A DNA stretch of 63,352 nt, counting the filler, from Octopus bimaculoides (lineage: Eukaryota): assembly GCF_001194135.2 (NCBI RefSeq). It is 10 parts of 9 records of this genome, joined end to end, with 100 filler letters (N's around TTAATTAATTAA, not from the genome) between each part and the next. Parts side by side here need not be neighbours in the genome. Positions count along the whole stretch, not along the records: positions 7,022 to 13,839 come from NC_069000.1; positions 13,940 to 20,229 come from NC_068998.1; positions 20,330 to 22,383 come from NC_069000.1; positions 22,484 to 30,024 come from NC_068986.1; 6 more parts are not named here. One strand, 5' to 3'. Below the pieces are notes generated by a model that was not told where the DNA came from, searched no databases, and saw only the letters and a list, made by a program, of their open reading frames with translations. A program made the translations under genes and the position numbers. Every line of letters starts with the position of its first letter. Within the stretch, counting starts at the first letter, position 1. This document shows, in pieces, positions 10,940 to 23,933 of the stretch.

Positions 10940-11255
10940 CAGAGGAGTCTTGGTTATGGCTAAAGAATGGCTAACTTAAGAAAGAAACAAAAGGACTCGT
11001 AATGGCTGCCCGGAGCCAGTCATCGCGGACGAATATCATCAAGACAAAAATAGACAAATCTGTGAAAAGTGCGAAGTGCAGAGTATATAATGAGAAAGAG
11101 GAATCCATTATGCACATAATAAGTTCCTGTAGTCCTTTGGTACAGAGGGAATATAAACGCAGACACGGTTGGGTGGCCAAGGCAGTACACTAGGACGTAT
11201 TATAGGAAAGAGGATTTAAAGTAGGAAGAAAATGCTACGAACGTCAACCACGTAT
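10940..11255 (+). mobile_element. R4/Dong-like LINE relic, zinc-knuckle region upstream of the RLE domain
   Basis: GLVMAARSQSSRTNIIKTKIDK...KCRVYNEKEESIMHIISSCSPLVQREYKRRHGWVAKAVH* matches the AAQDQ.L.TN..K..ID..CR.C....ES..HI.S.C..L...EY..RHD.VA..VHW pattern, with a knuckle Cys lost and stops present. Confidence 0.75.
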
Positions 11256-13098
11256 AGATGCGCTATTGGTAATATGTAACCCAGTACGACCTGTTGCATG
11301 GTCGGGTCGTCGGTGACTAAACTGGCATCTCCATCAAGCTTGCTTGATGAGGAGACTGATTGTTGGATACCTTACAGGACGAAGAATAAGCCATGTCAAA
11401 GGGCGGAAGAACTCGAGCAGTCAACAGTCATCCAACAATATATGCGTACATATGTATACATGTATGTATGCGCGGTGACATAGAAATACCTGGGTTGGTG
11501 TCCAGGCGCGCAGTTGACCCAATGGGAGTAGGAGATCCCTCTGTTGTTGTCACATCTTTCTAGGAGGGGGAAACTCCGAGGGGAAACCTGCGACACTGAC
11601 AATATTCGATGATGTAGACTAGTTCTTCTTTTCGAGTTTCTGTTGTTTATGTTCATAGAGTGGGATTGGATTTGCGCAAATCCTTTCTCAATTATTAAAA
11701 AAAACAAAAAACATTATGCACAGGCATCGCTTGAAAAAGTAAGACCTATCACAAAAATGGCTGGTCGTAGCCTTAAAAGATGCGATCATCGCATGTGTGG
11801 GACTTTCGATCAGGCGATGGCAATATTCGAACACGAGTTTGCAGCCATCATATATATATATATATATATANNNNNNNNNNNNNNNNNNNNNNNNNNNNNN
11901 NNNNNNNNNNNNNNNNNNNNNNNNNNNNNNNNNNNNNNNNNNNNNNNNNNNNNNNNNNNNNNNNNNNNNNNNNNNNNNNNNNNNNNNNNNNNNNNNNNNN
12001 NNNNNNNNNNNNNNNNNNNNNNNNNNNNNNNNNNNNNNNNNNNNNNNNNNNNNNNNNNNNNNNNNNNNNNNNNNNNNNNNNNNNNNNNNNNNNNNNNNNN
12101 NNNNNNNNNNNNNNNNNNNNNNNNNNNNNNNNNNNNNNNNNNNNNNNNNNNNNNNNNNNNNNNNNNNNNNNNNNNNNNNNNNNNNNNNNNNNNNNNNNNN
12201 NNNNNNNNNNNNNNNNNNNNNNNNNNNNNNNNNNNNNNNNNNNNNNNNNNNNNNNNNNNNNNNNNNNNNNNNNNNNNNNNNNNNNNNNNNNNNNNNNNNN
12301 NNNNNNNNNNNNNNNNNNNNNNNNNNNNNNNNNNNNNNNNNNNNNNNNNNNNNNNNNNNNNNNNNNNNNNNNNNNNNNNNNNNNNNNNNNNNNNNNNNNN
12401 NNNNNNNNNNNNNNNNNNNNNNNNNNNNNNNNNNNNNNNNNNNNNNNNNNNNNNNNNNNNNNNNNNNNNNNNNNNNNNNNNNNNNNNNNNNNNNNNNNNN
12501 NNNNNNNNNNNNNNNNNNNNNNNNNNNNNNNNNNNNNNNNNNNNNNNNNNATATATATATATATAGTAGACTTACTTGCAAGGGCCGCAGTCAAATGACT
12601 GGAACAAGCAAAAGAATTATGTATGTATGTATGTATGTATACATATGTATGTGTGTGTGTGTGTGTGTATGTATTTCAAGCGCATCTCTACTTCGTTGGC
12701 ACCATATCATTAAAAAGGGGCAGGTGTTTGCTGGTATAGCTCCACCCTAAGCTCGCTGTATATAGGCGGTGTCAAAGTTTGAATGATTGACAGCAGCTGC
12801 TGACGTTGTTAATGCAGCAGCGGGTCGACGTTCGGTGGTTTTTTAAAAAGAAAAGTTCAGTCGGTCTAATTAATTTGCTCCTCTTTTTCCCCCCACTTTA
12901 CTCCACCCTCTACAAAAAAATTATTACCCAAAACATTCGCGCACACACAAAATATATGTCATTCATCAAATATTTTCCATCTATGACGGTGTATTGCTAT
13001 TGTAAGTGCTTTTTTATTTATTTATTCATTCTCTATTTAGACAGTAATTAATTGATAACATTTTAAAATGTGTTGTTTTTTCTTTTGTACTTGTAGTT

Positions 13099-13172
13099 AT
13101 GAAGAAAGTTAATTCGAAGTATTCGTTAATTCTACTTTTATCAAAACTCTGCTTCATCATTATTTCGGCTCG
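13099..13172 (+). CDS. Candidate signal-peptide exon (MKKVNSKYSLILLLSKLCFIIISAR)
   Basis: Strong acceptor tttttcttttgtacttgtag at 13096, ATG at 13099, basic N-region plus hydrophobic core, CG/gtaggg donor; a 95-nt upstream intron (GTAAGT at 13002) would sit in the 5' UTR. Confidence 0.4.
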
Positions 13173-14355
13173 GTAGGGAGAAAGTCGACATAATTCAGCA
13201 TATATGTTTATTTACTCAGACCAAACGAAGCATTGCTTGACAGATTCGTTTGAACATCCATCCAAAATACCTGTGGTATTTAGTTAGTCTTTTGCATTTT
13301 AAATTTAATTCCTGTCTTTTACATTCTATATTCTTTTACGTCCTTTTGCATTCTAAATTAAAATCCTGTCGAAGCTCGCTTTACCTTTCACTTCAATCTT
13401 TCCGAGCATCTTAGATTTGATAGTAATTATAAAAGACTTGATGTAGGAAATGGTATTACTGCATTTCTTATCCACTATCACAACCTCGACCTCTAAGTTT
13501 TTTCTTGTTGAAATCGGCTTTCCACAATGTAAGGAAATGAGAAGTCCTAATACACACACACACACACACACACACTTCACCCGGTCGTACCGAATACGAG
13601 ACCCCAATCTGGTTTCTGTTATTCGTTTAAACCGTTTCGCTTTGATTATGGCGTGAAAGTCCCAGAAAGACTTCCTTTTGTACGTTGATGTCTTTGTATG
13701 TTATGAACTGCAACCAGTTCGACTGATAGGCAGAATTTCGAGCTTCATTCTTTTTCATATAAACTTCATTTTACTATGTCTATCAAGTTACCATGAGGTG
13801 AGACGTCTACTTCTCCCACAGCTCACCTCATGCGCTAGGNNNNNNNNNNNNNNNNNNNNNNNNNNNNNNNNNNNNNNNNNNNNTTAATTAATTAANNNNN
13901 NNNNNNNNNNNNNNNNNNNNNNNNNNNNNNNNNNNNNNNATATATATAATGTGATCAGTAATGGTAATTTTATGATCAAATATGAGGATTATATGCAGAC
14001 ATTTGTGATAACAACGGCAGCAACAATTACAATAGTACCGTAGAAAAACTTTCACCATCACCGGAACATATGTTCCTACCCCCACCTACCACCACGATAG
14101 TAAAAAAAAAGCGACAAAGGAAACTATTAGAGCTACACAGTCGGAGCTTCACCATGGTAACAGTCACTATAGCAGTGACAACACAAACACCAGTGAGACA
14201 ACTACGAAACCGAAAATATATCTTCACGAACCATATGCATTACATGCGTTTACGCTTGAATCACAATGTGAAGGACAAGAAAAAAACTAAGGAAAAACAA
14301 GAAGAAAACACCAAGAAAACAAGAAAAGAAATAGAATAGCGTCAATAATGTTTAG

Positions 14356-14382
14356 ATACTACATCTCCCACTGGACAAAAAG
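14356..14382 (+). CDS. Candidate 27-nt symmetric micro-exon
   Basis: tttag/ATACTACATCTCCCACTGGACAAAAAG/gtgagt; strong donor, weak acceptor; all three frames open. Confidence 0.25.
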
Positions 14383-14724
14383 GTGAGTTGAAAACGCGTC
14401 GCTTTAGGCCGATATTGACGATATAATTAAGAAAAACTCAGATCTTGCGTAAACCACGAGGGATCACGTTTGGAATTAGCCATGTTGTTTTTCATTTGGA
14501 GAAACAAACAGACTCTAAGAAAAACGTCAGAGTGATAAAAGATGAATTGCTCTGCTCCCTGAGTTCGAATCTCAACGAGGTCAACGATGTTGTTTATTAT
14601 TATTTGGGGACTCGATAAATGAAGTCCAAATCAAGTATTGGGTTAAGCAACCAACAACAACAACATCAACAATAACAAAAATAGTGAAACAGCAGTGACA
14701 ATTATAATACCAACAGAAATTCTT

Positions 14725-14910
14725 TCGAATTTTAGCACAAAGCCTCGATTTTGAGGGGAAGGGAAGACGATTATATCGACCCTGGTATTAAACTTGCATC
14801 CATTTTATCGACCCTGAAACTAAGAAAGGTAAATTGGGCTGCGACTGAATTCGAACTCAGGACGCGATAAGTCGGAAGAAATGCGGCTAAGCATTTTGTC
14901 CGACGTGCTA
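14725..14910 (+). mobile_element. SINE family C copy (most abundant repeat in the window)
   Basis: Shares TTTGGCACAAGGCC...ATCGACCC...ACTGGTACTTATTTTATCGACCC...GGATGAAAGG...TTTGAACTCAGAA with many copies: 15260-15430, 19320-19510, 22085-22285, 27950-28270, 41190-41285, 42340-42450, 54110-54200. Confidence 0.7.
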
Positions 14911-15929
14911 ATAACAACAGCAGCCACAGTATCGACAGGATGCGGGGGAATGCTTACCACAGCACCACCCTGCAATATATAAATATTAGAGGCATCATCG
15001 CTTGACCTTAGGAACGAAGGTGTTGTAGTCATAGCTTTGGAGTAACTTAAAGCTAAGCAAGCAGAGGAGGTTTCAAAATGTGGGCATTGCCAATAACAAG
15101 TGCAATGAAAATGAAGCCTGTAAACACGCGGAACACACAACGCCACCTGTGATCGCGCAAGAAACTTGATCGTAGGCTATTGGAATTTCAAATTCTCCCT
15201 CGTAATTCATCCGGTTTAAAGGAGGTGCCGGACCATCTATTGCTGTTTGATAGTCTTCAAATTTTGGCACAGGGCTAGCAGTTTTTGGAGGACGAGGGTA
15301 GTTGATTACATTGAACTGGTACTTTATTTTATTGACCCCTGCAACAAGGAAACGCAAGTTGACCACTGTGTGATATAAGCTCAGAAAGCAATGGGCCAAA
15401 AAAATTGTCGCCAAGCATTTTGTTCGACACACTAACGATTCTTCCAGTTATGGAGTAGGAAGCATTTCTTTTTAGGGTTGTTGTCAATGACCACCAAGAA
15501 AAGGAACGTCGCCTGATCTACCCACCAATCCAAATCGTTGATAATGATTTACTACACGGTCAGCGTCTCAGACCAACGCAGGATGCCGCAACAGAGTGCC
15601 CCTACAAATACTGCTCGATCGCTGACGCTTATTTACCGACACTTTCTGTTCTACGTTCCACAGACTCTCGGCTACAAGCGTGCGGGTATGTGTACACAAT
15701 TATACACACATATATACGCATATATAGACACATATACACACATGCTGCCAATCACAAAAACATGTAACTTTATCCACAACTGAAGACGCGTGATTCATTC
15801 GACCAATGTCAATAAGAAGATGGCTCTCATTACTAATAGCGTCCCCAATTAACATTATTGACTTATTCGACCAATGATTATTATTAGATATCGATAGGGG
15901 CTCCGCCACGTATTTATCATCGCCCCTAC

Positions 15930-16317
15930 TTTCCCCATCATCACCACCAACAACAACGACACCAGCATTACAACTATCACCCTAGCCTTAACAAACACCT
16001 CTACCACTACCTTCACTTCAACAATCACCTTAACCACCACAACCACGAGCGATTCTAATATTACCATCGTTATTACTATCTCTACAACCACGACCACCAT
16101 CCATCATCACTACTACCACCAATACAACCACCGGCACCACAATCACCACCCCTGTCATCAGCATCGCCACAATTATGATGGACGCCACCGTCATTACTAC
16201 CACTACCACCGCCACAACCACCACTACTATCACCACCACCACTACCACCACCACCAATACCACCACCACCACCACCTTCACCACCACTACCAACAACAAC
16301 AACACTATCACCGCCAC
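15930..16317. repeat. Degenerate (ACC)/(AAC) trinucleotide tract
   Basis: Generates spurious poly-Thr, poly-Val and poly-Gly ORFs. Confidence 0.9.
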
Positions 16318-17399
16318 NNNNNNNNNNNNNNNNNNNNNNNNNNNNNNNNNNNNNNNNNNNNNNNNNNNNNNNNNNNNNNNNNNNNNNNNNNNNNNNNNNN
16401 NNNNNNNNNNNNNNNNNNNNNNNNNNNNNNNNNNNNNNNNNNNNNNNNNNNNNNNNNNNNNNNNNNNNNNNNNNNNNNNNNNNNNNNNNNNNNNNNNNNN
16501 NNNNNNNNNNNNNNNNNNNNNNNNNNNNNNNNNNNNNNNNNNNNNNNNNNNNNNNNNNNNNNNNNNNNNNNNNNNNNNNNNNNNNNNNNNNNNNNNNNNN
16601 NNNNNNNNNNNNNGCCTCCGCCGCCACGATCCAATGTCAACATAGAGTGACAAGTAGGTTAAGCGGCAATCAAGCCGTGTTGTAAGCCAACACCAAAACG
16701 CTCGGACTTCGCTGGTCGTCGTCTCATGTAACCTGCCGTAATTAACATTCTGTGCACATAAGTGCAGGTCATACGTTCTACCGACTCCCACACCTGTCAC
16801 CACCACTAATGCTGCCACACCTTTTTAGCACTACTGCTGCTGTTGCTTCTACTACCACCAACACTAACGTTAGAAGCGCTCGTAGCTGTTACATCACCAG
16901 GAGCTCTCATTATCCATCTATCTATCCATCTATCTATCTATCTATCTAGGGATAAACTTAATCCATTTTTTTTTTTTTTACATTTTTGATATTTTCTGTG
17001 ATACACGATCCCNNNNNNNNNNTCTATCATCAGTAAAACTATCCAATTCATTTTTTGTAATTATATCTGATAGCCTGTACTTGTGGACGGGCTTAATAAA
17101 ACAAACTCCAAATTTAAAACTGAAATTCTTATGTGTGTCTGTGTGTCTGTGTGTCTGTGTGTGTGTGTGTGTGTGTATTCTCCTCATTTTATCGCCGTTG
17201 TTACTATTGTTACAACTTTCATTTATTTCTAGTTAAAAAATAATATTCTGTAAGTACAAGATCTTCCTTCAATCAGATATGCTTCGCTCGTTTTCCTATT
17301 TCTCGTCAAGTGATTAAAAAACACACTTCTCATTTCTACACAAGTAATACAACCTTTGCTCTTAATCCGGTCCTTTATCGTCACGTGACGTTAGATATC

Positions 17400-17620
17400 G
17401 TCTACACTTTTATATGGCGTAGAAAGAGAAATAACATTGACGTAAGCTCTAACAAGCTAGAAGCTTTTGAAAGGTGGACATATCAGAAGAATGTGAAGAA
17501 TATTTTGGATAAAACATAAGACCATTGAAGAAGTGCTGCTACAACTAAGAAATACAAAAGATATCATTACTCTTGACTATTAAATATAAAGGGAAGATAA
17601 CGTTCTTTGGTCACATAGTT
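17400..17620 (+). mobile_element. RTE-clade LINE relic, C-terminal region
   Basis: KLEAFERWTYQK..KI.W.K..T.EEVL...FFGHI pattern (LEAFE.W.YRR.L.I.W...TNEEVL..FGHI in RTE elements), broken by frameshifts. Confidence 0.65.
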
Positions 17621-17621
17621 G

Positions 17622-18250
17622 TTGTTGTTGGCACTCCGTCGCTTACGACGTCGAGGGTTCCAGTTGATCCGATCAACGGAACTGCCTGCTCGTGAAATTA
17701 ATGTGCAAGTGGCTGAGCACTCCACAGACACGTGTACCCTTAACATAGTTCTCGGGGATATTCAGCGTGACACAGTGTGACAAGGCTGACCCTTTGAATT
17801 ACAGGCACAACAGAAACAGGAAGTAAGAGTGAGAGAAAGTTGTGGTGAAAGAGTACAGTAGGGTTCGCCACCATCCCCTGCCGGAACCTCGTGGAGCTTT
17901 TAAGTGTTTTCGCTCAANNNNNNNNNNGCTCGTGAAATTAATGTGCAAGTGGCTGAGCACTCCACAGACACGTGTACCCTTAACATAGTTCTCGGGGATA
18001 TTCAGCGTGACACAGTGTGACAAGGCTGACCCTTTGAATTACAGGCACAACAGAAACAGGAAGTAAGAGTGAGAGAAAGTTGTGGTGAAAGAGTACAGTA
18101 GGGTTCGCCACCATCCCCTGCCGGAACCTCGTGGAGCTTTTAAGTGTTTTCGCTCAATAAACACTCACAACGCCCGGTCTGGGAATCGAAACCGCGATCC
18201 TATGACCGCTAGTCCGCTGCCCTAACCACTGTGTCATTGTGCCTCCACAA
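17622..18250 (-). mobile_element. SINE family B, near full length, with artefactual internal duplication
   Basis: tRNA-like head at about 18170-18250 (GGTTTCGATTCCC on the minus strand); homologous to 4647-4942. Confidence 0.8.
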
Positions 18251-18364
18251 AATGATGAACGGCAAAATCTACCTTGGCAAGATTTGTACTCAGAATGTAA
18301 AGACGGACAAAATGCACCAGTGCATTTTTTCTAACGTGTTAATAATACTGCCAGTTCGCCGCCT

Positions 18365-18985
18365 TGTGCATAATGAATGCAGTAGCAGAAAGTAATTTTA
18401 TGTACACAGAGAGATCTACAGCTGCAAAACGTGGAGTTTTGTACTCAAAGAGAATTATATGAGCGATGAACTTCATTGCAGTAAAAATTAGTCTTAAGTG
18501 CACAAAACAAGTACAGAATTGCAACAGCAGAATTTTGATTTGTGCATATAGAGAATTGCAGCAATTAAGAGTGTGTATATTTTCAGATTTATAGGATTGC
18601 AGCTGAAATTAGAGGCTGCATGCATATGCAAAACTGCAGCTGCAAAGAGGGTTTATGCAAGTGTATGTAAGACTGCAGCTGCAAAGAAAAGGTAAACACG
18701 CGCTTAAACAATAAAAGCCATAAAGAATAAATAAATGCGTATGTTTATGCAATTTCAGCAGCAACGAGTGGGTATGCATGCACATATAAGAATTGCAACG
18801 GGTGGTTATGTGTGCATTTTGGGGTTTATAAGTGGGAAAACGGGGTGTGAGTGCACATATGGAAATGTAGCTGTGAAACGAGGTGTTAGTGTATACAGAC
18901 AGAAAATTGCAGGTGCAAAACGTGTGTCTCTATGCATATATGCAGTAGAAGCTGAAAATATTGAGTTACACTGCAAAAATAAGTG
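18365..18985. repeat. Degenerate minisatellite of about 39-40 bp with palindromic core TTGCAGCTGCAA
   Basis: Core variants near 18379, 18418, 18478, 18521, 18558, 18599, 18636, 18675, 18755, 18795, 18867, 18909 and 18942. Confidence 0.65.
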
Positions 18986-19215
18986 GAAGCGCATGGCTAA
19001 GTGTTGGGTTCATGATTGTAAGATTGTGGTTTCGATTCCTGGATAGGGCGATGCGTTGTGTTCTTGAGCAAGACACTTCATTTCACGTTGCTCCAGTCCA
19101 CTCAGCTGGTGAAAATGAGTCATCCTGCGATAAATAGGCGCCCCCTCCATGTGCGGGTGAGGGTGGGAGATATACGCCACAGAATCCGAGTAACTGGTCT
19201 TATGAGCTTATGGAG
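18985..19215 (+). mobile_element. tRNA-derived SINE (family D)
   Basis: GCATGGCTAAGTG A-box-like and GGTTTCGATTCC B box, followed by GTGTTCTTGAGCAAGACACTT...CTCCAGTCCACTCAGCTG body. Confidence 0.6.
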
Positions 19216-20744
19216 TGGGAAGGGGCTTTGATGCTTTTCTTGAACACAAACCCAATTGCAGCAACGAAGACTGAGCTTATTTCATTATTTGTTATTACAA
19301 AGGACCAGACAGGCAGAGGGCAGAATCGGTAACACGCTTAGCTACAGTCATTCTAGTTCTTTTCGTTATGCGTTCAAATCCGGCGAGGTCAAATTTGCCT
19401 TTCAACCGTTTCGGCGTCTATAAAATAAATATCAGTAGAGCAATGAGGCCGATCTACTATCCAAGCTCTTTCCCGCAAAATTTAATTCCTTGCATCAAAA
19501 ATTAAAACGAAAATTATTTCACAAGCACGGATGATCGTATTTGCTGTTTAGTCCAAAGTTATGTTTGATCAAACCAATGAGCAAAGCGCTCCAATCATGA
19601 CAATCTCGTTTGATTTTTCGAACAACGTTTATCTACCACTTCGTTATTTATTACTTGTACCTTTCTATTCATTTTAAGATGTTAAGTTCAGGTGTGTTTT
19701 TAGAGAAACTTCGTTGCTATACCTAGGAGGTCGAGAAACTCACTGGTCGACTCCTGCAATAGTTAGACCACACACACACAAAAAAACAAAAGCAAAAACA
19801 AAAATAAAAATTAGAAAAAAAGCAACCGTAAATGATTAGTTATTGTTGTTACTGTGGTTGTTGTTGGTGGTGGTTTTTAACTGCAGGCTAGCTCTCAGTA
19901 ATAAATATTGTATGTATGTATGTTTGGTTGTTTGTATGTTTGTGTTTATGTGTGAATGTATGCATGTATGTGTGTATATATGTGTGTATGCATGTATGTA
20001 CACAGGCACGTATGCATTGGCCAGTGTGCCTAAAATGCATTGGCAAGAATTAATCACACGTTATAATATTTTCTCTTGTACTTCTATTTCAGGCGACTAA
20101 CTTGCGTCGTTACATTCAAAGATATATAAGAACGTATATGTTGAGATAGACACCCATAGATATAACGACAGACATCCTGATATGTGCACGCATATGTGAA
20201 TATGTATATATATATATATATATATATATNNNNNNNNNNNNNNNNNNNNNNNNNNNNNNNNNNNNNNNNNNNNTTAATTAATTAANNNNNNNNNNNNNNN
20301 NNNNNNNNNNNNNNNNNNNNNNNNNNNNNACACACACACACACGCACACACACATAAATAGATATAGAGTTTTATTGTTTCATTGGTTTTCAGCCAAAGT
20401 CTAAAGGCCATGCTGGGGCACCGCCTTTCAGTATGAATTGCGTCTCTTTTTTCTGTATTGATTCTCGTGAAGTAACGAGTTGGACATTACTATTTCGGGT
20501 TACCCGGTTTCCATGGCGTATAAGGGACCGAAAACTCAACATTCACCTTGAACAGGACACCAGTCTGTGGCAGGATTACCCCTTTACAGCTTACTGGACT
20601 GGAACAACATCAAATGAAGTGTTTTCTTCCAGAAAACAACACTTCGCTCGGTCTTGCAATCAAAACCACATTCTTTCGATCGTACAATACCTTAAGCACA
20701 AGGCCAGACGTCTCCATTGTACTACTGCACTATATATCGGTTTC

Positions 20745-21150
20745 AAATTTTGGTACTAGACCAGCAATTTCGGAGTAGGTGGTAAGCTGATTATATCGAC
20801 CCCAGTGATCAACTGGTCCTTATTGCATCGACCCCAAAAGGATGAAAGGGAAAGTCGACCTCAGTGTACTTTGAACTCAGAACGTAAAGACGGACGAAAT
20901 GCCACGAAGCATTTTGCTCGGCACGGTTACGATTATGCCTGCTCGGCGCTTTACTGAACTAAACACGAGTTTCACATTTCGGCACAAGGCCAGGAATTTC
21001 GGCGGAGTGAGTAAGTCGATAACATCGATCCCAGTGATCAACTGGCACTTATTTTAACGATTTTAACGGCCCCGAAATGATAAAAAGCGAAATCGAACTC
21101 GACAGATTTCGATCTCAGAACGTAAAACCGAACGAAATGCCCCAAAGCAT
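20745..21150 (+). mobile_element. Two head-to-tail SINE family C copies
   Basis: Motif series repeats at about 20745 and 20975. Confidence 0.7.
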
Positions 21151-23051
21151 TTCCCTTGAGTAAATAACATAAATACGTTTCTCTGAATTTTCTGATTAAT
21201 AATAGTTGCAGCCAAGCTTTACAATTTGAATGATTGGACGTTTCCGATTCCCAAATGAAAGCAGTTTAACGTACCTTAAAATACTGTTAATTCTCTTAGA
21301 AATGGCTCAAATGTCATTCGTATCTTTCCATTCATTCTCTTTTAGGATATAGGAATCTTTACTCTTAATCGAAAAGGAAAGAAAAACAGAATTAAAACGT
21401 CTTGATTCCAACATATATATAACTGGAATATACACACGTGTTTGTGTGTGTCTGTGTGTGTGCGTGCGTGCGTATCTGTGTATCTTCCACTTGTTTCGGT
21501 CATTCGACTGCGGCCATGTTGGAGCACAGCCTCGAAGTGTCTTAGCCGAACAAATCTATTCCAGTACTTATAGCCTGGTACTTATTCTATCGATCCATAC
21601 AGTCGAAACGTTAAGTTACGAGGAACAAACCAACACCGATTATCAGGTGGTGGTGGTGGTGGTGGTGGTAGTGGTGGTGGTAGAGACAGACACACAGGCA
21701 CACACATCCATCCATGTATATATATATATTGACTGTTTCAATTTAGCATCTTCCTCTAATGCCGGTCCTCTTCACCTCATGGATGTCACAAAATCTCTTC
21801 ATTCAGAAAGTATATAAAATATAAAATAATCAGTTATTTGTTTAGCTAAAAGGATATTGATATTCGATAAGGTCTTTTAGTCTAAATCTTAACCATAAAT
21901 CCCTTAAGTCGCGATTTAATTATTTTCTCTATGTTTGAACTATTTACTTAAGATGGCTACCAACTGGAAGCCGATATATCTTGCTTCGCGTTTTCACTTA
22001 TCATTTTCTTCTTTAGTTTTATCATTTCTCATCGATTCCTACTCGTCTTTCTTCTATTTTCTCTCTAAATCCTTTCTGCTATTGGCACAAATCCTGAAAT
22101 TTTGGAGGAGGTGCTTATCGATTACATCGACCTCAGGGTTCCACTGGTACTTATTTCATCGACCCCCTAAAGGATGAAAGGCAAAACCGACCATGGCGGT
22201 ATTTGAACTCGGAACGTAAATACGAACGAAATGCCGCTAAACATTTTGTCCGTTGTGCTAATGATTCTGCAAGTTCTCTGCCATTATTTTCTCTCTAAAT
22301 ACAAACACTATTTCAAATACGACTACAAAATATTTTGAAAATATTGGGTCGCCAAATAAATTCGCTGTTTTTTTTTTTTTACTNNNNNNNNNNNNNNNNN
22401 NNNNNNNNNNNNNNNNNNNNNNNNNNNTTAATTAATTAANNNNNNNNNNNNNNNNNNNNNNNNNNNNNNNNNNNNNNNNNNNNTATGTATGTATGTATAT
22501 ATATATATATATGTATGTATGTATGTATCGATTGATGTTGCACTGTAACACCTACATTTCTAGAAACAAGGGAAAAAGACCCTTATCGTCACAGACATAG
22601 CACAAGTCTATGTACTAACACGGGAGTTTAACACCCACAGCGAGCGAGATTACTATATTGGCAAGCCAATTTTACTTGAAATTAAAGCTCATCAGTAGTA
22701 TGACTCCATCGCTGATAGTTGAACTATTGATTCTTATGGTTTATTCTGGTAGGTACAATTTGGGTTAGGTTCAGCGAGGGTGTATTACTGCTGATACGCA
22801 ATATAATACACTCATTCACTGTGGGGCGGTTAACTTCCCTCTCAGTACATAGACGTGTGCTATGCTTGTGACTACAAGGGTCTCTGATGCTTATCTCTAG
22901 CAATGAATGTGCTACGCTCACCTTCAAACGCATCTTAATGCTAGTTGATTTCTACCCATCGGCAATTAATAAATAAAACAGTATGTTAATACAATGCTTT
23001 TTAACTAACATCAATTAAACGCACTGTTTAATATTTTACATCTTATTTCAG

Positions 23052-23086
23052 GCTAATGTGAACACATACATGACAATGAAGACGTT
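23052..23086 (+). CDS. Candidate exon, cytoplasmic tail (ANVNTYMTMKT), phase 0-2
   Basis: tcttatttcag acceptor, TT/gtgagt donor; only one frame open; can splice in frame to 27762. Confidence 0.55.
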
Positions 23087-23172
23087 GTGAGTAATTTTTA
23101 TCATTTCTCTTTTCTGTGTAATTAATAGGCGCCCAAGGATAGATTTGTCAAACTTCAGTTTCTCAAGTATTG

Positions 23173-23214
<42 letters not shown>

Positions 23215-23890
23215 NNNNNNNNNNNNNNNNNNNNNNNNNNNNNNNNNNNNNNNNNNNNNNNNNNNNNNNNNNNNNNNNNNNNNNNNNNNNNNNNNNNNNN
23301 NNNNNNNNNNNNNNNNNNNNNNNNNNNNNNNNNNNNNNNNNNNNNNNNNNNNNNNNNNNNNNNNNNNNNNNNNNNNNNNNNNNNNNNNNNNNNNNNNNNN
23401 NNNNNNNNNNNNNNNNNNNNNNNNNNNNNNNNNNNNNNNNNNNNNNNNNNNNNNNNNNNNNNNNNNNNNNNNNNNNNNNNNNNNNNNNNNNNNNNNNNNN
23501 NNNNNNNNNNNNNNNNNNNNNNNNNNNNNNNNNNNNNNNNNNNNNNNNNNNNNNNNNNNNNNNNNNNNNNNNNNNNNNNNNNNNNNNNNNNNNNNNNNNN
23601 NNNNNNNNNNNNNNNNNNNNNNNNNNNNNNNNNNNNNNNNNNNNNNNNNNNNNNNNNNNNNNNNNNNNNNNNNNNNNNNNNNNNNNNNNNNNNNNNNNNN
23701 NNNNNNNNNNNNNNNNNNNNNNNNNNNNNNGCTCTTACGCTTATTGATTAGACTATGATCACCATCAGTGCTTAGCACTTTTTCAGAAATAAGTTTGGGC
23801 ATTCTAAATACCTTCACGTATATTCAACTCAAGATAAAGAGTGTGGTAGTATGGATATTTATATTTTGTAGTTTATGAAACTTATGTCTG

Positions 23891-23933
<43 letters not shown>

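Noticed and set aside
11260-11640. GC-richer segment that might be an RTE 5' region with an HDV-like ribozyme
   Set aside because: Could not build the nested double pseudoknot by eye; unsupported without a covariance search.
16030-16818. Long poly-Thr, poly-Val and poly-Gly ORFs resembling mucin
   Set aside because: Translation of degenerate ACC/AAC microsatellite plus an N-run.
17688-18157. Perfect 230-bp tandem duplication inside a SINE
   Set aside because: Copies are identical and separated by exactly 10 Ns; typical unmerged contig overlap.
18365-18985. CRISPR-like repeat-spacer appearance
   Set aside because: Core is only about 12-14 bp and degenerate, linkers are mutually related, no cas genes, eukaryotic context.
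20093-22660. Additional strong acceptors at about 20093, 21345, 21747 and 22564 as missing receptor exons
   Set aside because: Donors are weak or phases do not chain to 23052; no transmembrane segment found.
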